NCBI GenBank assembly: GCA_031402225.1
Contig: JANNSD010000152.1
Span: 395 to 64,394, forward strand
DNA from: Gemmatimonadota bacterium
GTDB lineage: Bacteria > Gemmatimonadota > Gemmatimonadetes > Gemmatimonadales > GWC2-71-9
Reading direction: 5' to 3'
Length of the DNA stretch: 64,000 bases
The position numbers were made by a program, and so were the translations under genes. Shown here one piece after another: positions 27,760 through 37,737 of the stretch (position 1 is the stretch's first letter; each line of letters starts with the position of its first letter). The notes under the pieces are model-generated. The model saw nothing but the letters and a program-made list of their open reading frames with translations. It was not told where the DNA came from and ran no database searches.

Positions 27760-28021
27760 GGCGCTTCCCTGCCTTGAAGGCCGGCATGACGGACGCGGGG
27801 AGCGTGATCGTCTTGCCGGTTCGCGGATTGCGCATGGAGCGGCCGGCGCGGCGGCGCACCTCAAAGTTGCCAAACCCGGTGATCTGGACCCGGCCGCTCT
27901 TGCGCAGCTCGGACGCAATCAGTCCGTCGCTGGCGAAGAGCGCATCCACGATTTCAGATGCACGTGCCTTGGACACCTCGAGGCGCTGCGCGAGCGCCAC
28001 AATCAATTGTTGCTTGGTCAC
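27728..28021 (-). CDS. hup: HU family DNA-binding protein
   Basis: TKQQLI, VQITGFGNF, RNPRTG, PAFKAGKRLKDAV. Confidence 0.93.
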   Translation of the reverse strand: MTKQQLIVALAQRLEVSKARASEIVDALFASDGLIASELRKSGRVQITGFGNFEVRRRAGRSMRNPRTGKTITLPASVMPAFKAGKRLKDAVVRRRS

Positions 28022-28151
28022 CGGGCGACGATAGCCGCGACCAACCCCGTCCCGCAAGCACCGCTGGCGGGGACGCGTCCCCGCCCCGTACATTGGGCAG
28101 CCCACCGTTGGTCGGTCCTCCGCCCCGCATGTCGTAGCCGGAGACGCATCG

Positions 28152-28757
28152 ATGTATCAGGGATCGCGCACCGGATGGCTCGAGGTGGTCTCGGGGGTCA
28201 TGTTCAGCGGCAAGAGCGAAGAGCTCATCCGCCGGGTCCGCCGCGCCATCATTGCCCGCCGCACCGTGCAGGTCTTCAAGTCCCACCTCGACAGCCGGTA
28301 CGCCGGCGTCTATAGCGTCAGTAGCCACGACGGCACCGAGCTCGAGGCGATCCCCGTCGATTCCTCGGACGAGATTCTGCGACAGGTGCGGCCTGCCACG
28401 GAGATCGTCGCGATCGACGAGGCGCAGTTTCTCGACCGCGATATCGTCGCGGCGACAGCACTCCTGGCACAGCGCGGGGTACGCGTCATCCTGGCGGGCA
28501 CCGATACCGACTTCCGGGGGGAGCCGTTCGGTGCCATGGGCGACCTGATGGCCGTGGCCGAGCTGGTGGACAAGCTCCGCGCCATCTGCATGGTGTGCGG
28601 CGGCGAGGCGTGCCGGAACCAGCGACTGGTGGACGGTCGCCCGGCGCGCTGGGATTCCCCAACCATCATGGTGGGCGGCCGCGAGTCGTACGAGGCCCGT
28701 TGCCGGCATTGTCATCGGGTGCCGAGGGCGGACGAAGATCAGACGGCGTTGCTGTAG
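28152..28757 (+). CDS. tdk: Thymidine kinase
   Basis: [33 protein letters not shown]. Confidence 0.97.
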   Translation: MYQGSRTGWLEVVSGVMFSGKSEELIRRVRRAIIARRTVQVFKSHLDSRYAGVYSVSSHDGTELEAIPVDSSDEILRQVRPATEIVAIDEAQFLDRDIVAATALLAQRGVRVILAGTDTDFRGEPFGAMGDLMAVAELVDKLRAICMVCGGEACRNQRLVDGRPARWDSPTIMVGGRESYEARCRHCHRVPRADEDQTALL

Positions 28758-28781
28758 GACGTGAGGACGTGAGGACGTGAG
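28758..28781 (+). repeat. Octamer array (GACGTGAG)x3, left boundary of the four-helix-bundle cassette
   Basis: Begins immediately after the tdk TAG. Confidence 0.95.
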
Positions 28782-28793
28782 GCGTGGAGATTG

Positions 28794-29180
28794 CTAGTTC
28801 AGTGGCCGGACGCCACCAAGACTGCGAAACAAGCCCCACACCAAGCGACCGGCGTGGTCGACCGCCGCGGTTAGTTCGGCGATGCCTTCAGGAGGCAGAT
28901 ACCCGAGCTCCTCGCACAGGCGGATCTGGTACCTGAGTTCGTTGAATGAGGCGAGCGCAATTCCGAGGAACCGTCGAAATTCCTGCTTGCCCGGCCGCAT
29001 TGAACCCTCCACAATATTCGAGGCGATCGAGACTGCGGCTCGGCGCATTTGCGAAGTGAGCCCGAACCGTTCATCGGACGGCAACATCTTGGTAGTTTGA
29101 TAGACGCAAAGCGCTAGCTGGTGCGAGGCCCGCCATGCCTCGAGCTTCTCAAAGCGAGGGGATAATGCGTTGGCTGACAT
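28794..29180 (-). CDS. Four helix bundle protein (23S rRNA IVP / TIGR02436 family, Avd-like fold)
   Basis: FEKLEAW, LPSDERFGLTSQMRRAAVSIASNIVEG, EFRRFLGIALASFNEL, LGYL. Confidence 0.95.
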   Translation of the reverse strand: MSANALSPRFEKLEAWRASHQLALCVYQTTKMLPSDERFGLTSQMRRAAVSIASNIVEGSMRPGKQEFRRFLGIALASFNELRYQIRLCEELGYLPPEGIAELTAAVDHAGRLVWGLFRSLGGVRPLN

Positions 29181-29242
29181 GGGACCAATCTGGGGCCGGA
29201 CGGGTGGAGGCGCAGCATCATTCGCACCCAGAGCGTGGTGTA

Positions 29243-29298
29243 TTCACGTCCTCACGTCCTCACGTCCTCACGTCCTCACGCCCTCACGTCCTCACGCC
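29243..29298 (-). repeat. Octamer array, 7 copies (CTCACGTC on +), right boundary of the cassette
   Basis: Ends exactly at the inferred TTG start of coaE. Confidence 0.96.
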
Positions 29299-29904
29299 TT
29301 GCTAAACGTCGCCCTTACCGGCAACGTCGCCGCTGGCAAGTCCACGGTCGCGAACCTGTTTCGGCGCTGGGGCGCGGTGGTCATCGACGCCGACCAGCTG
29401 GTGCGCGAGGTCCAGTCGCCAGGGCATCCGGTGCTCGGCGCCATCGTGCGCCGGTTCGGCCCCGGCGTGCTGCGCCCAGATGGCACCCTCGACCGCGGCC
29501 AGCTGCGTGCGGTGGTGCTGGCCTCGCCCGAGGCACTCGCGGAACTGAACGCGATGGTCCACCCAGCGGTCAGCCGACTCCGCACCGCGCGGGTGGCCGA
29601 AGCCCGCGAGGCCGGCGCACAGGTGGTCGTCACCGACATCCCGCTGCTGTTCGAGGCCGCCGACCCCGACTCGTTCGATGTGGTGGTGCTGGTCGATGCA
29701 CCCGATGACCTGCGCCGCCAGCGGCTTTTCGAGCGGAGTGGCCTGCCGCGCCACGAATCCGATCGCCTCATGGCGACGCAATTGCCGGCCGCAGTCAAGC
29801 GCCCGCGTGCCGACTATGTGATCGATAACGACAGCGATATCGCTGCCCTCGAGGCCCGCACCGCCGAGATCTGGGCCTCGCTGGCGGCCCGCGCGGTTCC
29901 TTGA
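29299..29904 (+). CDS. coaE: Dephospho-CoA kinase
   Basis: VALTGNVAAGKSTV, IDAD, LDRGQL, DIPLLFE, ADYVIDN. TTG start inferred. Confidence 0.96.
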   Translation: MLNVALTGNVAAGKSTVANLFRRWGAVVIDADQLVREVQSPGHPVLGAIVRRFGPGVLRPDGTLDRGQLRAVVLASPEALAELNAMVHPAVSRLRTARVAEAREAGAQVVVTDIPLLFEAADPDSFDVVVLVDAPDDLRRQRLFERSGLPRHESDRLMATQLPAAVKRPRADYVIDNDSDIAALEARTAEIWASLAARAVP

Positions 29905-29959
29905 CCCGCCCCTCAGCTTCCAGTATTCTTGCCCCCGATCGCCTCCCCCTGGAGCATTC

Positions 29960-30346
29960 ATGTCGAACATCCCCGCCGACCTTCGTTACACGACCGACCA
30001 TGAATACGTAAAGGTGCTCGGCAAGGGCCTGGTCCAGATCGGCGTCACCGATTACGCCCAGGGCGAACTCGGCGACATTGTATTCGTCAACCTGCCAAAG
30101 GTTGGAGACAGCTTCGATGAACATGGCGTCTTCGGCGTGGTCGAGGCGGTCAAGGCGGTGTCCGACTTGTTCTCGCCGCTCGCGGGCGAGGTGACCGAGG
30201 TAAACGGTGCGCTGGACGCCGACCCCGGCCTCATCAATCGTGACCCCTATGATACGGGCTGGATGGTCAGGCTCCGGATCAAGGATCCTGACAGTGTCAC
30301 CGCCCTGCTCACGCCTGAGGCCTACAAGGCTCAGATCGGCGAGTAG
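29960..30346 (+). CDS. gcvH: Glycine cleavage system H protein
   Basis: GVTDYAQGELGDIVFV, VEAVKAVSD lipoyl-lysine motif. Confidence 0.97.
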   Translation: MSNIPADLRYTTDHEYVKVLGKGLVQIGVTDYAQGELGDIVFVNLPKVGDSFDEHGVFGVVEAVKAVSDLFSPLAGEVTEVNGALDADPGLINRDPYDTGWMVRLRIKDPDSVTALLTPEAYKAQIGE

Positions 30347-30371
30347 GATCGCCTGGGTGATCCATCGTGTC

Positions 30372-30408
30372 GTGCGCTCCGGACATCCGTCCGGGGCGCA
30401 CTTCATTT
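30372..30408 (+). terminator. Intergenic 13-bp hairpin between gcvH and gcvP (partial terminator or stabiliser)
   Basis: GTGCGCTCCGGAC-ATCC-GTCCGGGGCGCAC followed by TTCATTT. Confidence 0.45.
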
Positions 30409-30449
30409 GACCTCGCACGTTTTTTCACGAGTTGGAGCAAGAGGATAGC

Positions 30450-33413
30450 ATGACTGCCACCCATCGCCCCCCCGCTGGCGCCGCGCCCGAACCGGTGGAC
30501 GCCGCGGACGAGATTCGCTCGCACCGGATGCCCTCCTTCGAGGTGATGCATCCGAATCACTTCGCCTACCGCCACATCGGGCCACGCAAGGACGATGTGG
30601 CCGAGATGGTGAAGCTCCTGGGCTACGGGTCGCTCGATGACCTGATCGACGCGGTCGTGCCGGAGGATATTCGCCTGCGTCGGCCGCTTGACCTGCCGCC
30701 GGGCCGCGGCGAGCGGGAGGTACTGCAGGCGCTGCGCGGCATGGCCGACCAGAACCGGATCTTCCGCACGCACATCGGGATGGGGTACTACGGTACCTTC
30801 GTGCCGCAGGTGATCCAGCGGAATATTCTCGAGAATCCCGGCTGGTACACCGCCTATACGCCGTACCAGGCCGAGATCGCGCAGGGGCGCCTGGAAGCAC
30901 TGCTCAACTTCCAGACGATGGTCGCGGACCTGACCGGCTTGCCCATCGCGAATGCCTCGCTGCTGGATGAAGCGACGGCCGCCGCGGAGGCGATGGCGCT
31001 GACCCACGCGGTGGCGCCGCGGCACGACGCACCGGTGTATCTGGTCGACGCCGACTGCCATCCGCAGACCGTCGCGGTGGTGGTGACGCGCGCTGAGGCC
31101 CGCGGCGTGGCGGTAAAGGTGCAGTCGCCGGACCAGTTCGAGTTCGGGCCCGGGGTCATCGGCTGCCTCGTGCAATATCCGTCCACCGACGGCGCGCTGC
31201 GGGATTTCCGCGCAACTTGTTCCGCGGCGCACAGCGCGAAGGCGGTGGTGACCGCCGCCACCGACTTGCTCGCGCTGACGCTGCTCGTGCCGCCCGGCGA
31301 GTGGGGTGCCGACATCGCCGTCGGCAACAGCCAGCGCTTCGGCGTGCCGATCGGGTACGGCGGCCCGCACGCGGCGTTCTTCGCCACGAAGGACGAGTAC
31401 AAGCGGCATTTGCCTGGCCGTATCATCGGCGTGTCGAAGGACCGCGATGGGCACCCTGCGCTCCGCATGGCGCTGCAGACGCGGGAGCAGCACATCCGCC
31501 GCGAAAAGGCAACGAGCAATGTCTGCACGGCGCAGGTGCTGCTGGCGGTCATGGCCAGTATGTATGCCGTGTACCACGGGCCGGACGGCCTCCGCCGCAT
31601 CGCCGAACGGACGCATAACCGGGCCGTGATCCTCGCCAATGCCCTGCGCCGCCTGCGCTACCGGATCGTGCACGAGCATTTCTTCGACACGCTCTGTGTC
31701 GAACTGGAGCGCTGGGCGGTGCCGCGCATCGTGGATGCGGCACGATCGCGCCAGATCAACCTCCGGGTCATTTCACCGACCCGACTGGGCGTGGCCCTCG
31801 ACGAGACCACGAGCCTCGGCGACGTGGCCGACCTGATCGCGATCTTCTCGCTCAATGAGGCGCTGCCGTTCATGCTCGAGGATATCGGCGCTCCCGCGGA
31901 GCGCGCGATTCCCGCACCGCTGGCACGCACGAGTGCCTACCTCGCCCATCCCGTGTTCCACCAGCACCATTCAGAAACGGAGATGCTGCGGTACATCAAG
32001 CGACTCGAGGCGCGCGACCTCTCGCTGTGCCATGCGATGATCCCGCTCGGCAGCTGCACCATGAAGCTCAACGCCACCACCGAGATGATGCCGGTCAGCT
32101 GGCGCGGCTTCAACCGGATCCACCCCTTTGCCCCGCGCGACCAGGCCCAGGGCTACCAGGAGCTGTTCCGCCAGCTCGAGTACCAGCTCGACGAGATCAC
32201 CGGCTTCGCGCGGGTGTCACTGCAGCCCAATGCCGGCTCGCAGGGCGAGTACGCCGGCCTCATGGTGATCCGCGCCTACCATCACAGCCGCGGCGCCACC
32301 AACCGCACAATCTGCCTCATCCCCATGTCGGCGCATGGCACCAACCCGGCCAGTGCCGCGATGGTGGGCATGACCGTGGTGCCGGTGAAGAGCGATGTCG
32401 CCGGCAACATCGACATCGATGATCTCCGCGCCAAGGCGGCACAGCACGCCGACCACCTCGCGGCCCTGATGGTCACGTATCCGTCGACCCACGGCGTCTT
32501 CGAGTCGGGCATCCGCGAAATCTGCCGGATCGTGCACCAGCACGGCGGCCAGGTCTACATGGACGGGGCCAACATGAACGCGCAGGTGGGCCTCTGTCGC
32601 CCAGGCGACATCGGTGCGGATGTGTGCCACCTCAACCTGCACAAGACGTTCGCCATTCCGCACGGCGGCGGCGGGCCGGGCATGGGCCCGATCGGCGTGG
32701 CGGCTCACCTGGGCGCCTTCCTGCCGGATCACCCGGTGGTCGCCCTTGGTCACGACGCCAGCTGCGGCACGATCTCGGCGGCCCCATGGGGCAGCGCCGG
32801 TATCCTGCCCATCTCCTGGGCGTACATCAACCTGCTCGGGTACGATGGCCTGGCGGAATCGACCAAGGTCGCGATCCTCAACGCGAACTACATCGCCGCG
32901 CGGCTGGCACCGCACTATCCGGTGCTGTATTCCGGGCAGTATGGACTGGTGGCGCACGAGTGCATCATCGATACGCGCGGGTTCAAGCAGTCGGCGGGCA
33001 TTGAGGTCGAGGATATCGCCAAGCGGCTGATCGACTACGGGTTCCATCCGCCAACCGTCTCGTTCCCCGTTGCCGGCACGCTGATGATCGAGCCGACGGA
33101 GAGTGAATCGCTCGAGGAGCTCGATCGCTTCTGCGACGCGATGATCGCCATCCGCCAGGAGATCCGCGAGATCGAGGAGGGCGCGGCGCAGCGGGACAAC
33201 AACCTGCTCACCAATGCCCCGCACACCCTGCAGCAGGTGATCGGCGACCTCTGGAACCGGCCGTATCCGCGCGAACGGGCCGGGTTCCCGTCGGCCGCCG
33301 TGCGCGAATCGAAGGTGTGGCCCACGGTGGGCCGGATCGACGGGGCGTATGGGGACAGGAACTTGATCTGTACATGCGTTGGGATGGATGAGCTCGAAGA
33401 CGTGAAGACGTGA
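30450..33413 (+). CDS. gcvP: Glycine dehydrogenase (P protein, single chain)
   Basis: [54 protein letters not shown]. Confidence 0.98.
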   Translation: MTATHRPPAGAAPEPVDAADEIRSHRMPSFEVMHPNHFAYRHIGPRKDDVAEMVKLLGYGSLDDLIDAVVPEDIRLRRPLDLPPGRGEREVLQALRGMADQNRIFRTHIGMGYYGTFVPQVIQRNILENPGWYTAYTPYQAEIAQGRLEALLNFQTMVADLTGLPIANASLLDEATAAAEAMALTHAVAPRHDAPVYLVDADCHPQTVAVVVTRAEARGVAVKVQSPDQFEFGPGVIGCLVQYPSTDGALRDFRATCSAAHSAKAVVTAATDLLALTLLVPPGEWGADIAVGNSQRFGVPIGYGGPHAAFFATKDEYKRHLPGRIIGVSKDRDGHPALRMALQTREQHIRREKATSNVCTAQVLLAVMASMYAVYHGPDGLRRIAERTHNRAVILANALRRLRYRIVHEHFFDTLCVELERWAVPRIVDAARSRQINLRVISPTRLGVALDETTSLGDVADLIAIFSLNEALPFMLEDIGAPAERAIPAPLARTSAYLAHPVFHQHHSETEMLRYIKRLEARDLSLCHAMIPLGSCTMKLNATTEMMPVSWRGFNRIHPFAPRDQAQGYQELFRQLEYQLDEITGFARVSLQPNAGSQGEYAGLMVIRAYHHSRGATNRTICLIPMSAHGTNPASAAMVGMTVVPVKSDVAGNIDIDDLRAKAAQHADHLAALMVTYPSTHGVFESGIREICRIVHQHGGQVYMDGANMNAQVGLCRPGDIGADVCHLNLHKTFAIPHGGGGPGMGPIGVAAHLGAFLPDHPVVALGHDASCGTISAAPWGSAGILPISWAYINLLGYDGLAESTKVAILNANYIAARLAPHYPVLYSGQYGLVAHECIIDTRGFKQSAGIEVEDIAKRLIDYGFHPPTVSFPVAGTLMIEPTESESLEELDRFCDAMIAIRQEIREIEEGAAQRDNNLLTNAPHTLQQVIGDLWNRPYPRERAGFPSAAVRESKVWPTVGRIDGAYGDRNLICTCVGMDELEDVKT

Positions 33414-33470
33414 GGACGTGAGGACGTGAAGAACTCCCCTCACGTCCTCACGTCCTCACGTCCTCACGCT
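33399..33470. repeat. Inverted pair of octamer arrays (4 copies +, 8-bp spacer, 4 copies -)
   Basis: 33399-33430 and 33439-33470; overlaps the gcvP end and the next gene's start. Confidence 0.95.
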
Positions 33471-34229
33471 TGGTTCTTGTGGCTCGACCGCACTCCCCGT
33501 CCCGGCTGGCAGCACATGGCGCTGGACATGTGCCTGCATGCGCGCGCGGCCCGGGTGGGAACCGGCTACCTCCGGTTCTACCGCTGGGCGCCCCAGTGCC
33601 TCTCCTTCGGGCGACACGAGCCGGCGGCACGGCGCTACGATCGCGCGCGGATCGAGCGGCTCGGGCTCGACACCGTGCGCCGGCCCACCGGCGGCCGTGC
33701 CGTGTGGCATGCCGCGGAGCTCACCTACGCCGTCGCGGCACCCGAGACGACCATGGGTTCGCTGCGCGACACCTACCATCACATTCATGCCACCATCGCC
33801 GCCGCGCTGCGGACCCTCGGGGCCGGGGTGCAGCTCGCCCCGGCGCGCCGTACCGCACCCCTCGATGCCGGCGCATGTTTTGCCGCGGCGGTCGGGGGTG
33901 AGGTGGTGCTGGACAGCAGCAAGGTCGTGGGCAGTGCCCAGATGCGATCGCACGGGGCCCTGCTGCAACATGGTTCCGTGCTCCTGAGCGACGACCAGTC
34001 ACGCCTTGGCCACGTCACCACGGGCGGCGCGGCGCCGCCCGACGTGCGGACACTCTCCGACATTATCGGTCGCCCGGTGGACTGGGAGGAGGTGGCACTG
34101 GCCATCGGCGATGCCGCCCGGCCGTGGAGCGACCGGTGGGCCGCGTTCAATGACGAGGAGCACCTGCTCGCGGACGCCGAAATTCCCGCGGTGCGGTTTC
34201 GTGATCCCGCCTGGACCTGGCAGCGCTGA
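33426..34229 (+). CDS. Lipoate-protein ligase A / LipM-like octanoyltransferase
   Basis: MALD, LRFYRW, VRRPTGGRAVWH, KVVGSAQ, LQHGSV; follows gcvHP. Confidence 0.9.
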   Translation: MKNSPHVLTSSRPHAWFLWLDRTPRPGWQHMALDMCLHARAARVGTGYLRFYRWAPQCLSFGRHEPAARRYDRARIERLGLDTVRRPTGGRAVWHAAELTYAVAAPETTMGSLRDTYHHIHATIAAALRTLGAGVQLAPARRTAPLDAGACFAAAVGGEVVLDSSKVVGSAQMRSHGALLQHGSVLLSDDQSRLGHVTTGGAAPPDVRTLSDIIGRPVDWEEVALAIGDAARPWSDRWAAFNDEEHLLADAEIPAVRFRDPAWTWQR

Positions 34230-34326
34230 GCGCTGCCCTCGCCTGAGCTGTTGTCGTATTATTCCTCGTCCGCTCGGCACCCGAACCTCGCCCCGTCATC
34301 ACATCCACCGTCACGTGTGAGGCTTC

Positions 34327-35928
34327 ATGCTCCGTCACTGCGGGCGCCTCCTGCTCCTGATGACGGCCTGCGCCACGGCACCGGTCGCGGCGCAGGCGGG
34401 GCCCCGTCGCCTGGTCATCGCCATCGGCCAGTCGGTGACGAACATTGTGCCGACCCTCAATCGCACCACGGCGGTGGCACAGATCAGCGACCTCGTCTTC
34501 CTGCGCCTGGGTCGCTATGGCGGCACCTCCTTCGGTGATCATGCCGCGCTGCCGGAACTGGCGAAGAGCTGGACGCGACGCGACTCGCTCACGCTGGCCT
34601 TCGACCTGGATCCCCGTGCCCGCTGGCACGATGGTACGCCGGTCACCTCGCGCGATGTCGTGTTCAGCTTCGCGCGGGCCCGGGACCCGAAGGTCGTCGC
34701 GTCGCTTGCCGCGGTGCTCGTCGACGTCGTGGCCGTCGAGGCGGAGAGTGAGAGCCGCGTCGTCGTTCGCTTCGCCCGGGCGTATGGCGAGCAACTGTAC
34801 GACGCGACGTTCTACGTGCAGATCCTCCCGGCGCACCTGGTGGCACCCATTCCGTCCGACAGCCTGGTCAGCAGCGCCTTTGCCCGCACCCCGGTCGGCA
34901 GCGGTCCCTACCGCTGGGACAAGCTGGAGCCCGCCGACTACCTGCAGCTTCGCTCCGTTCCCGGCTTCTTCCTGGGTACCCCCGCCATCGAGCAGCTGGT
35001 CTGGCGCTTTACCACGTCCCCGGAGTCGCGCCTCAACCTGCTGCTGAGCGGCGAGGCGGATGTGCAGGAGGACATCATTCCACCGGTGACCAACCTGGCG
35101 CGGCTGGCGGAGCGCCCAGCGCTCCGGCTGGCGCACTTTCCCTCGATGGCGGTGAACTACCTGCTGTTCAACGAGCGGTCGCCAGGCGACACCAGCCGTC
35201 CCCACCCGATCTTCTCGGACGCGGATGTACGGCGGGCCCTCGCCATCGGGCTCGATCGCGCGACGATATCGAAGGCCATTTTCGGGAAGTATGCGAGCCC
35301 CGCCTCGAGTCCGGCGGCACCGGCGGCCTGGTTTGGCGGCTTGGCGCCGACACCGGCCCCTTTTGATCCGAAGCAGGCCGCGCGCCTGCTCGCCGCTCGC
35401 GGGTGGAAGGACAGTGATGGCGACGGCGTGCTCGACAAGGGCGGCGTACCGCTCGCGTTCAGCCTGATCGTGCCCAGATCCGGCGTCGCCCGGATGCAGA
35501 TGGCCCTGATCGTTCAGGAGCAGTGGCGCAAGCTCGGTGTGCACGCCGAGGTCGTGCCCCTCGATCTTGGCCAGTACCTTGCCCGCCGCCCGCCGGGAAA
35601 TTTTGACATCGCCGCGGAGAGCTACAGCAGCGATCCGTCGCCCTGGAGCCTGCTCGATCGCTGGGGGTGCGGCGCCGAGGCGAACTACGGTCGCTACTGC
35701 AACCCCACCGCCGACTCCTTGCTGCGTGCAGCGCACCTCGCCCGGCGCGACCCGGCGCCGCCCATTCGCGCCTGGCTCCGGACGGTGGCACAGGATTTCC
35801 CCGCGGTGTTCCTCTTCTCGCCCGAAAAGGTTTTCGCGATGCCGGCCGGCTACGGCAACGTGACCTTTTCAGTAGAGTCGGCATGGCAGCGGGTGTGGAC
35901 ATGGACCCTGGACGGCGCGGGTCGTTGA
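34327..35928 (+). CDS. Peptide ABC transporter substrate-binding protein (family 5)
   Basis: PELAKSW, WHDGTPVTSRDVVFS, PVGSGPY, VRRALAIGLDR. Confidence 0.92.
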   Translation: MLRHCGRLLLLMTACATAPVAAQAGPRRLVIAIGQSVTNIVPTLNRTTAVAQISDLVFLRLGRYGGTSFGDHAALPELAKSWTRRDSLTLAFDLDPRARWHDGTPVTSRDVVFSFARARDPKVVASLAAVLVDVVAVEAESESRVVVRFARAYGEQLYDATFYVQILPAHLVAPIPSDSLVSSAFARTPVGSGPYRWDKLEPADYLQLRSVPGFFLGTPAIEQLVWRFTTSPESRLNLLLSGEADVQEDIIPPVTNLARLAERPALRLAHFPSMAVNYLLFNERSPGDTSRPHPIFSDADVRRALAIGLDRATISKAIFGKYASPASSPAAPAAWFGGLAPTPAPFDPKQAARLLAARGWKDSDGDGVLDKGGVPLAFSLIVPRSGVARMQMALIVQEQWRKLGVHAEVVPLDLGQYLARRPPGNFDIAAESYSSDPSPWSLLDRWGCGAEANYGRYCNPTADSLLRAAHLARRDPAPPIRAWLRTVAQDFPAVFLFSPEKVFAMPAGYGNVTFSVESAWQRVWTWTLDGAGR

Positions 35929-35929
35929 G

Positions 35930-36895
35930 GTGAACTGGCTCGCGCGCCGGGCGCTGCAGGCGGCGGGCACCGCGCTCATCGCGCTGACGCTGCTTTTCTT
36001 TCTGGTGCGAAGCCTGCCCGGCGACCCGCTGGCCATCCTGAGCGAGGATCGCCCACTCACCAGCGAGCAGGTGCGCGATCTGCAGCGGCGCTACCAGCTC
36101 GACCAGCCCCTCGGCAGCCAGTTCGTCGCGTTCGTCGGCGGGGCGCTGCAAGGCGACTTCGGCACGTCGATCCAGTACGGCCGACCAGTCCGGCAACTCG
36201 TGCTCGAGCGGCTGCCCCGGACATTGCTGCTTGGCGCCGCCGTGCTCCTCATCAACTTCACGCTCGGGCTCTGGCTTGGTGTGCAGCAGGCATTACACCG
36301 CGGCCGTCCCATCGACCGGGTCCTCACCACACTCTCACTGGCCGGCTACGCGACCCCGTCGTTCTGGCTGGGCCTGATGCTGGTGCTGCTGTTTGCCGTG
36401 CGGCTGCATTGGCTGCCCGCGGCCGGATCCCTGGATCCCGGCCTCGAGAGCGCCGGTGTCGCTTCCGTGTTCGGGGACCGCTTGCGGCACCTCGTCCTCC
36501 CCGCGCTCACGCTGGCCGCCGTCAGCATTGCCTCCAGCATGCGCTACCAGCGCGCCGCGATGCTGGACGCCCTGCGGCAGCCGTACGTCATCGCGGCGCG
36601 CGCGCGTGGCCTCACGGACCGTCGCGTCGTCTGGGGCCACGCATGGCGGTCCGCGCTGCCATCGGTGCTCACCCTGTTCGGGCTCTGGCTGCCTATCCTG
36701 GTGGTGGGCGCCGTCTTCGTGGAACAGGTCTTCGCGTGGCAGGGGCTCGGCAGCCTCACCGCCGGGGCCGCCGCCGCGAGGGACTATCCCCTCCTGATGG
36801 GTACCGCCGTCCTGGCGACGGCCGCCGTGGTCACCGGCAGCTTCCTGAGCGATGTGCTGCACGCGCTGCTGGACCCCAGGGCCCGGGCGGAGTGA
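35930..36895 (+). CDS. Peptide ABC transporter permease (OppB/DppB-like)
   Basis: LPGDP, GDFGTS, AARARGL, VEQVFAWQGLG, RDYPLL. Confidence 0.93.
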   Translation: MNWLARRALQAAGTALIALTLLFFLVRSLPGDPLAILSEDRPLTSEQVRDLQRRYQLDQPLGSQFVAFVGGALQGDFGTSIQYGRPVRQLVLERLPRTLLLGAAVLLINFTLGLWLGVQQALHRGRPIDRVLTTLSLAGYATPSFWLGLMLVLLFAVRLHWLPAAGSLDPGLESAGVASVFGDRLRHLVLPALTLAAVSIASSMRYQRAAMLDALRQPYVIAARARGLTDRRVVWGHAWRSALPSVLTLFGLWLPILVVGAVFVEQVFAWQGLGSLTAGAAAARDYPLLMGTAVLATAAVVTGSFLSDVLHALLDPRARAE

Positions 36896-37737
36896 CCGCG
36901 CCTGCCGTCGCCCTCGTGCAGGCGGTGTGGAAGCGTCCTGGTGGACGCGTCGGCACCATCGCGCTCGTGCTGCTCGCCCTGCTCGCCCTGGGCGGCCCCC
37001 TGCTGCTGCCGAGTCCAACGGCGCAGGGCGACCTGCTCCACGAGGCGCTGTTGCCACCGGGCGTCGGCCATCTGCTGGGCACTGACCAGTTGAGCCGCGA
37101 CGTCCTGTCGCGCATCGTGAGTGGCCTCCGCTTGTCCCTCGTCATCGGTCTCGCCTCGGCGCTCCTGGCCGTGGTACTTGGCGCCGCGGTCGGGCTCGTC
37201 GCCGGCACCAGGGCGGGGCTGGTCGACGCCGTGCTGATGCGGACGGTGGATGCGCTGCTCGCCATTCCCCGCCTCTTCGTCCTGCTCCTCGTGCTCGCGG
37301 TCTGGGACCGGGTGCCGCTCCCGGCGCTGGTCCTCCTGCTCGCACTCACCGGATGGTACGGTACCAGCAGGCTGGTGCGAGCCGAGACCGTCCGGCTCCG
37401 GGGCGAGGACTTCGTGCGCGCCGCCGAGGCGCTCGGGGCCGGGCGGATGCGCATCGCGCTCCGGCACCTGCTGCCGAATGTGGCGGCACCGATCCTCGTG
37501 GCCGGCACCCTGGGGGTGGGAGACGTGATCCTGCTGGAGGCCGGCCTGACCTATCTGGGGCTCGGCATCCGCCCGCCGACGCCATCGCTGGGCGGGATGG
37601 TGCTCGACAGCCGATCGGTCTTCGTCACGGCGCCGTGGACCAGCATCTTCCCCGGCCTCGTCATCGTGCTGACCGTGCTGTCCGTCAACCTGGTCGGCGA
37701 CGCGCTGCGCGAAGCCCTCGATCCCCGGAGCACATGA
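36892..37737 (+). CDS. Peptide ABC transporter permease (OppC/DppC-like)
   Basis: HLLGTDQLSRD, FVRAAEALGA, HLLPN, GDALREALDP. Confidence 0.93.
   Translation: MTAPAVALVQAVWKRPGGRVGTIALVLLALLALGGPLLLPSPTAQGDLLHEALLPPGVGHLLGTDQLSRDVLSRIVSGLRLSLVIGLASALLAVVLGAAVGLVAGTRAGLVDAVLMRTVDALLAIPRLFVLLLVLAVWDRVPLPALVLLLALTGWYGTSRLVRAETVRLRGEDFVRAAEALGAGRMRIALRHLLPNVAAPILVAGTLGVGDVILLEAGLTYLGLGIRPPTPSLGGMVLDSRSVFVTAPWTSIFPGLVIVLTVLSVNLVGDALREALDPRST

Noticed and set aside
28794-29180. Diversity-generating retroelement or 23S rRNA intervening sequence
   Set aside because: No reverse transcriptase, TR/VR pair or rRNA in the window; only the fold relationship holds.
29170-29298. N-terminal extension of CoaE ([10 protein letters not shown]...) and similar LTSSRPHV ORFs at 2964, 14516, 16751 and 32217
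   Set aside because: These are translations of the stop-free strand of the octamer repeat; CoaE homology begins at TTG 29299.
28745-29305. TTGCT near both cassette ends as a target-site duplication
   Set aside because: The left copy is not flush with the array and 5-bp matches are expected by chance; an empty-site comparison is needed.
29904-30450. Glycine riboswitch near gcvH/gcvP
   Set aside because: No GGAGA...CCGAAG...CTCTCAGG aptamer pattern, only a simple hairpin. gcvT being elsewhere is common.
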